From Camelus ferus (lineage: Eukaryota): DNA of 64,000 nt. A model generated the notes under the pieces. The model did no database searches, was not told the DNA's origin, and saw only the letters and a list, made by a program, of their open reading frames with translations. The first letter of the stretch is position 1; every line of letters begins with the position of its first letter. The position numbers and the translations under genes were made by a program. Below, piece after piece: positions 54,963 to 64,000 of the stretch. Location: the NCBI RefSeq assembly GCF_009834535.1, contig NC_045697.1:81098001-81162000 (forward strand), read 5' to 3'.

Positions 54963-55079
54963 GGGGGGAGTGTATAGCTCAGTGGTAGAGCACGTGCTTA
55001 GCATGCAGAGGGTCGCGTGTTCAATCCCCAGTACTGCCATTGAAATAAATAAATAAACTTAATTACTCCCCCCCCAAAA
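54963..55079 (+). mobile_element. tRNA-Ala-derived SINE (camelid Vic-1-like), full length
   Basis: A box TAGCTCAGTGG, anticodon-like TTAGCAT, B box GTTCAATCC, (AAAT)n, TAATTACTCCCCCCCC and A tail. 13-bp TSD aagattaagattt at 54950-54962 and 55080-55092. Confidence 0.9.
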
Positions 55080-56292
55080 AAGATTAAGATTTTGACATCT
55101 ACTTGATGTGACTATATACACTACAAGAACTATGTCTTTACCTACTCATCTGTCTATTTAACTTATACACCAAACATATAGCTGGTCCAGCTGCTGAAGA
55201 ACTCTTCAAAATAAAGTATGACCTACTGTAGAAGTTTTAAACACACCCTGAAATATGTAACAGTGAATAAGAATAACAAGAAATCTTTCCAATGACTTTG
55301 AGAGAAAAGATTGCATTTTACTCTTCTCTGCATTCTCTACAGCAACTAGCTTTGTCTTAGATGTAGTAGATGCTCAATAAACATCTGGTGGATGAATTCC
55401 TGACCATACAGACGCAGAGGGGCATGCAACATGAATTATGGGATAGGGAGAAGCCCAGGAGAGGGAGAGAGGACGGTACAAAGTCTGTCTCACAGCGATC
55501 TCTCATTAACGACAATGCTACTCCTCTACTGACTACTTGGCGGGGAGGGGGGGGCTATCTGATTTGCTCTCTGCAGCCGGCTTATTGACTGTGTGGGTCA
55601 ATGTCATCTGATGCATAAAGAACCAAGAGAGTGGGAGGTAGCATTTTCCCAGATAACTGCTAAGAAGCAGATGGTTTGCATTTTCATGCCCTGAGGCTGA
55701 GGGGATCCCAAATAAAGATGAACTATTTGTAAAAGCAATCTTAAAACTGACAATTCCTTCTTTATCAATAGATCTGATTTTGGTGAAAGATTAGATTAAA
55801 AAAAGTAACACAAAGACATAATAAAGACAGATTCTGCTTTTCTAAAAACTGCTTTTCCTCTTTTTATTTACACCACCTGTATTGTACACATACTTATCAG
55901 GGTCTAGTTATAGGGTCTTAGATTATGGTGGCCCTTGGTTTCTATCTTCCTAGCCACCCAACAGCTAACCTTCTACTGCTAGTTAGTACTCATGCTAAAT
56001 GCAAGTCAAAATGATTAGATCTGAGAAAACTTCAACAATAAAACAATATCCTTAATGCAAATCTTATAAACTGACCCAACCAGCCAATAAAACCCCAGAA
56101 AAACAAACCAAAAATACTAACACTTCATCCATAAGACAAATAAAAATTGTTGAAGAGAATGAAACTACGGGATAAATAAGAAGTTTGCGTTAAACGCCAG
56201 TTCAGTATCTTCGCAGAGTTCCTAAAACAAGGCAGCATTCCCATATGGATAGTTGCTCTTCTTTCACCCCAGGATAGAATGTTCAATGTTAC

Positions 56293-56475
56293 CTGCCAGA
56301 GAGGGTCTTTCTGCTCAGGGAAAAGTTCAAAGTACTTGTGGGCTAGTTGCAGTGGAGGCAGAGTTTGCAGTTTCAGGTTGGTCCAGCCCTGCACGAAGTT
56401 GGCCAAGTTTACAAAGGTGTACAATCCAAGGCGGTCATTCCCATAGTTCGACAAATGGGTCATGAAAATGCTGAT
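56293..56475 (-). CDS. NDST4: NDST4 internal coding exon (183 nt, phase 0-0): [61 protein letters not shown]
   Basis: Minus-strand acceptor ttttcag|ATC (AG at 56477-56476) and donor CAG|gtaac. [14 protein letters not shown] is the conserved NDST N-deacetylase-domain motif. Overlaps ORF 56125..56463. Confidence 0.97.
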
Positions 56476-56588
56476 CTGAAAAAGAAGTGAAAATGGCCAT
56501 AAACATCAGATGCATATGCTTAAAAGTGGCATAGAAGCTCCAGGCACTACCTCACCTAAACACGGAATTTCAGGAGAAGTATAATGCC

Positions 56589-56753
56589 AGAGGCAGCTGT
56601 CTGTAAGTCAGAAGAGAGGTCTCCCTAGAAACTGAATTTCCTGGCACCTCAATCATGGACTTCTAGCCTCCAAAACTGTGAGAAAATAAATGTCTATTGT
56701 TTAACCCACCCATTCTGTGGTGTCTTGTTATGGCAGCTTGCAAAGACTAATAC
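56589..56753 (+). mobile_element. MaLR LTR 3' part (MLT1A-like)
   Basis: ctggcacctcaatcatggacttctagcctccaaaactgtgagaaaataaatgtctattgtttaacccaccc...gactaataca. Confidence 0.8.
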
Positions 56754-57921
56754 AGGTAGAAAGCTACACATTTGATTTCTATTTCAAAGACACTCTTAAA
56801 TTTACTTTTAAAATTAATTGAAATTGGGATTGGCATCCTCTCACTGCTCACTGAGTATAGTATTATTTTACACATCAATTTTTCTCCATTGTGGAATCAA
56901 CACCATCAAACCCAATAATCTAATAAATCCTAGACTAGAGAAGAACCAGAATTAGACAAGTTCTAAAATTAAACAGTTGTTTTGGAATAGATATGTGTAC
57001 AGCTTGAGATGAAATCAGACTCAAGAAAATTTGTTTTTCTGTGATCTAATGAGGAATTTTTACTTCAATGAAGAAACAATTTTTGCAAAGAAACTGCATT
57101 TAGCCAATAATCTTCTATACTCATTCATTATTTTACAGTTTTTCCTACCTCAATATTAACTCTAAAAATATCTGGGTATTACATTTTTGTGGATCAGAGA
57201 CTAGGAAAAAGTGAAATCTAGATTAATTGCTCTTGAAATATCAACAAAAAATTTGAATGTGATTACAGATATAATCTAATATTCAATCCATCAAGGATTG
57301 CAGTTGGGATGAAAAAAATACTAAATAAAAGAGAACTTGCATAATCTTGATCTAAACTGCAGAAATTACTAATGCAACTCATAGAAAGGGATTTCATAAT
57401 TTTCTAAAACAATATTGGTACTTGCTTCTCAATCTTATAGATATATATATGAATTTTAAAAACTCATTTTATTACTTATTGTTTAGATCTATAAATACTT
57501 CAGAACAACTAATATAATTAAATCATTAATTTCATTAGAAAAGTAAGAGTAATATAATGGTATGAGTAATAGCATTAAAGCAAATATAACATGTGAAATT
57601 AATCAGATAAATAATATTCACAGATCAATATATACAAGGAAAGTCAAGTGTCATGTGGCTATTTTTTATATGGTTGCTTACTAACTTTTTCTTAAGGGTT
57701 TCTGCTTATTGGTGTGCTGGTTTGGTTTTTTTATGGGCTATTTTAGAAATAAAAGTGAGTTTTCAGTAAACCGTTCCAATATCATATCATTGCAACCTGG
57801 TTAGAATTGTCAGCCTTGCATTAAAGGTTATACACTGCAAAACTCTTATTCCCAAGACCTAACATGTCACTTGATAACTGTGAATGCCCAAAGAGGACAC
57901 CTTTTGTCTTAAAAATAATAG

Positions 57922-59366
57922 AACATTATTGCATTATATGCAAAATATACAAAGAACTCATACAACTCAATATCAAAAACAAACAAACTAGCAAACAGCC
58001 CAATTAAAAAATGGGCAGAGGATATGAACAGACATTTTTCCAAAGAAGACATGCAGGTGGCCAACAGGCACATGAAAAGATGCTCAAGATTGCTAATCAA
58101 CAGGAAAATGAAAACCACAATAAGATATTATCTCAGACCTATCAGAATGACTCCTATCAAAAAGACAACAAATAGCAAGTGTTGGAGATGATGTGGAGAG
58201 AAGGAAACCTGCATGCACTGTTGGTGGGAATGTAAATTGGTGCAGCCATTATGGAAAACAGTATGGACATTTCTCAAAAAATTAAAAGTAGAACTACCTT
58301 ATAATCTAGCAATTCAACTCATGGGTATTTATCAGAAGGAAAAAAAGTACACTAATTCTAAAGGATATGTGTATCCCTGTGTTCACTGCAGCATTATTTA
58401 CAAGAGCCAATATATGGAAAAAACCTAAGTGCCCATAAATAGATGATTGGATAAAGAAGATGTGGTATATGTGTGCTATATATATTTATATATATGAAAT
58501 ATATAATGGAATATTATTCAGTCATAAAAAAGAATGAAATCTTGCTATTTGTGACAACATGGTAAAAGTAGTAAGTCAGACAGTGAAAGACAAATATTGT
58601 ATGATTTCACTTATATGTAGACTCTAAAAAACAAACAAATGAACAAACATAACAAAACAGAAACAGTCATAGATACAGAGAACAAACAGATGGTTGCCAG
58701 GGAGCAAAGGACTGAAGAAAGGAGAGAAACAGGTGAGGCAGATTAAGAGATACAAACTTCCAGTTGCAAAATAAATGAGTCACAGGTATGAAATGTACAG
58801 TGTGGGGAATATAATCAATAAATGTGTAATTAGTTTGTACAGTGACAGATGGTAACTAGACTGACCATGGTCATCATTTTGAAATGTACAGAAATAACGA
58901 ATCACCATGTTGTGTAACAGGAACTTAAATAGTGCAGTTAGCCAATTATACATCAAAAACAAACAAAGACACAAACTCATAGAAAAAGAGCTCAGATGTG
59001 TGGCTACCAGGGGCAGGGGTGGGGTGAGGGAGGGAGAATTGGACGAAAGCAGTCAGAAAGTCCCAACTACAGATTTTCAGCTATAAGATAAATACATATG
59101 AGGGATGTAATACACAACATGATAAACATAATTAATACTACTGTATGCTATATATGAAAGTTAAGAGAGTAAATTCTGAGTTATCATCAGGAGGAAAAAT
59201 ATTCCTTTTCTAATTTCTTTAATTCTGTGTCTGTATAAGATGATGAATGTTCACTAAACTTACTGTGATCATCATTTAAGATATATATTAAGTCAAATCA
59301 TTGTGCTGTGAACCTTAAACTTATATAGTGCTTTATGTCAATTTTATCGCAATAAAACTAGAAGAA
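57922..59366 (+). mobile_element. 5'-truncated L1 (L1MA-like): ORF2 C-terminus plus 3' UTR, with TSD
   Basis: ORF 58213..58428 [17 protein letters not shown] is the L1 ORF2 C-terminal motif. AATAAA and an A tail lie at 59351-59371. TSD aaaaataatag at 57911-57921 and 59367-59377, at a TT/AAAA endonuclease site. Antisense to NDST4. Confidence 0.92.
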
Positions 59367-59589
59367 AAAAATAATAGCTTACACAAGAATTACAAACACA
59401 ATACTCTGGCAAGATAGCATCAGTTATAAGTTAAAAGTATCAGGTTTAACAAATGCCCATTACTAGAAAGCTGAAAAGGAGTCTCTGAGGAAAATCCATT
59501 AAAATGATGAAAGCGATTCCTCACCATGGTTGAAGGTGGGAAGGAGAGTGACAGCCCATTGTCCTCAATATCCTCAATTATGTCAAATA

Positions 59590-59820
59590 TCACTTAAAAA
59601 GCATATAGCATTTTCTATGTGCTAGGCAAGAATCTAAGTGCTTTACATGTATGAGATGACTAAGTCCTCACAACAGTCCCATAGGGTAGGTACGGTTACT
59701 GTGCCCGACAGATGAAGACACTGAGGCACAGTTAAACAATCTGTTCAAGTCCCACATCTAGTCAATGGCAGAGCAGAATTTAAAACCTAGGCAGCTTGGC
59801 TTCCAAATCTGGCACAATAT
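59590..59820 (-). mobile_element. MIR SINE
   Basis: tatgtgctaggc...ctaagtgctttacatg...cctcacaacag...acagatgaagacactgaggcacag. Confidence 0.75.
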
Positions 59821-62800
59821 ACCCCAAACCTTCACCTAAACAGTTTTATGTGTAGAGTTTGACATCCATCACTTCACCCTTTTGCTTTTTTAGAAATAAA
59901 AGACAAAGAATATCTATCCATAAAAGAAAGTGGAAAATCTATGTAAATATTATCTTGGCAACTTAAAGTTTTCCCTTTTTTTAAATTGAAATGATAGAAC
60001 ATAAATTATTTTTGGACTCCTACATGCAAATTTTTATGACAATGAATTATATAGTATTTGAAACAAATTTTACTGACAGACTGCAAATTCATCTTTGAAG
60101 ACAGTATCATACCTATCATGTTTCCAGTCCATTTTCCCCACAGGGGGCATATTTAAAACCTTTTATTCTAAAGGTCAAAAAGAAAAAAAAGCCATTTTAA
60201 GGACTATTCTTTATGTAACTTGTTTAGATAGAAATTTAAAATTAAACCCCTCAAATTTTAATTGGTACAATGTTTTTTGTGATTCATGTGGAATCCTTTA
60301 ATTAGGCTCAGGGTAACAATGTCACTGATTTTTACATTGGCCCAACTTTCTTTCATTTTTAACCTCTTTTATTTTTTTTCAAATGGGAAGTGCCCTCGTG
60401 GCAGGACTGTATAGAATTTTAAAAACATAATATAGTATCAGTAGTTGATGACCATATAATTGCAATTGTTGTCAAGAGAACTTCTCATCACCACAAAATT
60501 ATATGCATTTGATCCCAGTAAGTGTGCATTTATCTCATGTTACTACTGTAATTAAGAAATAAGACAATATAAGTAGTATTCTTCAGGATAATTATAATTT
60601 CTTAGAACTGAAATTATTATAAAAAACCAGACTGCAGGCCAAATGCCTGAAGAAATACAATAATGCCCTAGAAATCTACCACTTGACCTCTAGAGAGTGT
60701 TGTTAGGATGGAACTTTAAGGATTTAAAGTTTAAGGGTTGTTAAGATGAAAGTTTACAGGTGTTAAGTGTCTAAAATCCAACAAATTTGTAAATGAAAAT
60801 ACTCCTCAGAGAATATTGTAAAGATTGTTTTTATATCATGGGCAGATATACACTATTTCGTTAGGTATTACCATAATGCTTTTACAAGATTTTGTGGCCC
60901 GCTAGTTCTAAGCCATTTATACAGAATTTCCTTAGGAGAACAAGCCTTGCCTTCTGAAGGAAGTATAACACAAATGCAGGGCACATGGAAAATCCACCTT
61001 TGGAAGAAAGCAGTATCTGGAGATGCTGTGTGGTGATAAGCTGAAGCATGCTTCTGCATTTAAATGTCTCTTTGCTGAGAAAAAAAAACAAAAACAAAAA
61101 CAACAACACTGAGTACCCTGGCCAGGATAGTCGCAATCACCGTGTACAGGGCAGCATGTGAACATGCCTAACTGGCCAGAAATAAATTAGTGCTGGTATA
61201 TGGTCAGTTGATTGCACTTTACGAAGAAAAATTCTGCAAGCACAGCTTAACTGTGCATATCTGATTTTCTAAAAGCACCTGTTGAGTAGACAGAACATTT
61301 TAATTTCAGTATTTCTGGGCAAATGGCTTATTTAAAAACAAAACAAAACAAAAATAATTCAGGGAGTGTAGGAAGAATAAGACAAATTAAGAATGGATGT
61401 AGTTTGAAGCATAAGTAAGGGAAATCAGAAGAATGCAGTATGAAATAGTAGCAAATAAATTTTCACAGACATCATATATTGCTACTGTTTTTTACATGAC
61501 AGTGTAGGTTCCTCCGCTTATCCTGTGCTATTATTTATTTATTTTGATTGTTACATCCCTGTGTATATAGTAAGACCACTCTGGCTCAGTACTCCCCCAG
61601 AGCATCATCTAGAAACAGTATGACTGTGTTACACCACTGCAGACGGTTTCTAGAGGCAAGCCCGCTGCACCTCGAAATACCGCATCTCAGAGATAGGCAC
61701 GGATTCAGACAAGCAGCGCCTGACCTCTCACGTGATCAAGACAGGCAAGGACATCGTGTTCGATGGATGAGTTGAGGAACAAGATGTCCAGTGCTACTGT
61801 CAGTAGGCCACCTGCAGCCAGCCCCAGAGAGGTCACGGAGGTGCGGGCTTCTGTCATCAAGCTGGCCTCCAGGCTGCCACCACCTTGTCACCGACGCTGG
61901 TACACATGTCCCTCCCTCAAGTCTCAACACTCTCAAATCTGTGATATCCAAACATGAAACAAATCTAAATTCTTCCTTTTATCTGTTGTAAAAACTAAAA
62001 ACCAAGCTTGAAGACACTCTCAAACTCTAATTATTTGTTAAAACATAAAACAGCATTTCTCAATGCCAGACTCAATACGCGTGCGCCAAACTTAGGCAGC
62101 TCATTACCTGTGGAATAAATCCATTTAATGACGTATCTATAGTGCAAGGAAAAAGGAGGTTTTAAATATAGTGATGTGTAAATCTTGATAGTAGGGAATT
62201 GGATAAAAATAATGGAAAGCTAAGGATAATCCTTCAATGTGGGTAAAAGCACTGCCTGTCATAGTGACACAGGATAGTGTAATAAAAATGTGGCTACTCT
62301 TCTGAGTCTTTAGTTGTGAGTCAAGTGATTGCTTTGTGTAGCATTTTACTTTGGCTGTCTTACGAGGTAGAAAGGATAAAGGGAAAAGAGAAAAATAAAA
62401 TAAAAAATAAAGGCTTCATTTTATCTGTAAAATGAAACATCAACCCTCTCTAAACTGAGTGAAAATATTTCGAGACTGCCAATGCCAGAATAGTTTCCTT
62501 GCTTTTCCCACTTGTATGACAAACACAGTGTCATTGCAAACTGTATGGATGTTAATATCCATAACCAGAATATCAAGTATAGTATCTTCAATAGGAATTT
62601 AAAATCATTTTTAGAGCGTATATTCTTATTTAAAGGACATACTAAATACTTGGATATCATTTCTGTGCCTTTATAGTGTCTCTAAAAATGAAGTCATTTA
62701 CAGAGTACTCGGATACATGGTTCATAGGAAAAATACATTGTTATAACAAATAGAGAAAGAAACAATAGCTTTGCAGCACAAGAAGAGATGTACCCCATTT

Positions 62801-64000
62801 TAAGGCAGCTTGCCCTGTGCTCACGCCATAGCACAGAAATTTTCAAGATAAACATTAAATATTGGTAGTTAGTTTCCACTTTTGCCTCTGTGGCCCTGGC
62901 AGTATGCCACTTTTCAGAATGAGTCCATTGTGTTTAAAAATATGTCCATTAGTTTGTTAAATTATTGATTAGGCTTTTAGTTCTCATAAAATTTGAAGAT
63001 AAATGGAATATAGGGGAAAGCATCTCCGGTGGCTTATCTGATGGGCTTTGGCGTTGGACTCATATTTTTCCTATAAAAGGCAATTTTATGTCTTTATTTA
63101 CTCTGAATATAGTCTGGAACCACACAAGAGATACTGAGTCAGACTAGGCTTAACATTACCAATTTGCATGCTGGTACACTTCTAGATTTAAATACCCATG
63201 ACATAATTTTTGTGCAATTATCAGAGACAGCTCAAGTACTGCCTTTTCAGTCCTGGGCAACTAATAACTTGATATAGGCATACATCTGTGGTCTCAGATG
63301 CCAAACGTAAATAATATTTGCCCAAACTTAATAGAATTATACTATTCTGCCACTCAGTCTAAAAACCCAACATTAGCTTGGTTGGAATTTACTGCTGAGA
63401 TATACCAAGTATCATATATTGAATGATTGGTTAGGGATTGCTCTTTTTTTAAATACATGATGTTGTTGAATCAATGTTAATCTATTGATATAACTTTACC
63501 AAGTAGTTTTATGTTCATTTTTGTTGTATTGTTTGATTAAATACTAAAAACTCATGCTAATTTTAGAGAAAAGGAAATGAAGATTCTAATTTTAGAGAGA
63601 AATGAAGATCAAAGGGTTAAAATGATCTATCTGAGATTACAGAGGGAACCCCAGCAAACCAGTGCTCAAAGTTGGGCATGGGAATTCAGAATCAGTGCTC
63701 TCTCACACCCACGGTTCTGCCGGAGGCTTTGGTAACAAGTTTATCTAATTTCTACTTTTTGCTTTTTCCTCCTTCTATCATTTTAATTAGCTGGTAGATT
63801 TTATTTGCAGGTTAAAACTAACATTTTTTGATATATTTTTCCTAGAATTGATCCAACATAAAGTTTTATTTACATATGAAAAAATTTTTTTGAAATGGAA
63901 AAAAAAAGAAGTCACTATTTTAATATTTTTCTCTCTATACACCTGTACATTTCAAATGATTATTGACTCAACATTTCAAGACAGTACATACTGACGAGAG

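Noticed and set aside
54963..55038. tRNA-Ala(AGC) gene
   Set aside because: Stems pair poorly, and the (AAAT)n/C-rich/A tail and 13-bp TSD identify it as a SINE.
57909..58980. ORFs with familiar-looking peptides ([33 protein letters not shown])
   Set aside because: Sense and antisense translations of a decayed L1 ORF2 and 3' UTR, not host genes.

Overview
AT-rich mammalian genomic DNA, probably from a camelid, judged from two tRNA-Ala-derived SINEs of the Vic-1 type (inferred from recalled consensus, not searched). The main feature is the 3' part of NDST4 (heparan sulfate N-deacetylase/N-sulfotransferase 4) on the minus strand. Eight coding exons lie between 56475 and the TAG stop at 25219-25221. 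All have canonical GT-AG boundaries and compatible phases, and they splice to 1083 nt (360 aa plus stop), covering the end of the deacetylase domain and the whole sulfotransferase domain. The upstream exons lie beyond the right edge. The rest is intron or intergenic DNA with L1, L2, MIR, MaLR/ERVL LTR and hAT fossils. Repeat family names come from recalled consensus sequences and their boundaries are approximate. The least explained segment is a ~2.4 kb plus-strand stretch (10805-13212) without recognisable repeats that looks like a 3' UTR or terminal exon: splice acceptor, several miRNA seed matches, AATAAA and A10. I could not assign it to a gene. I see no evidence of a novel multi-gene system.
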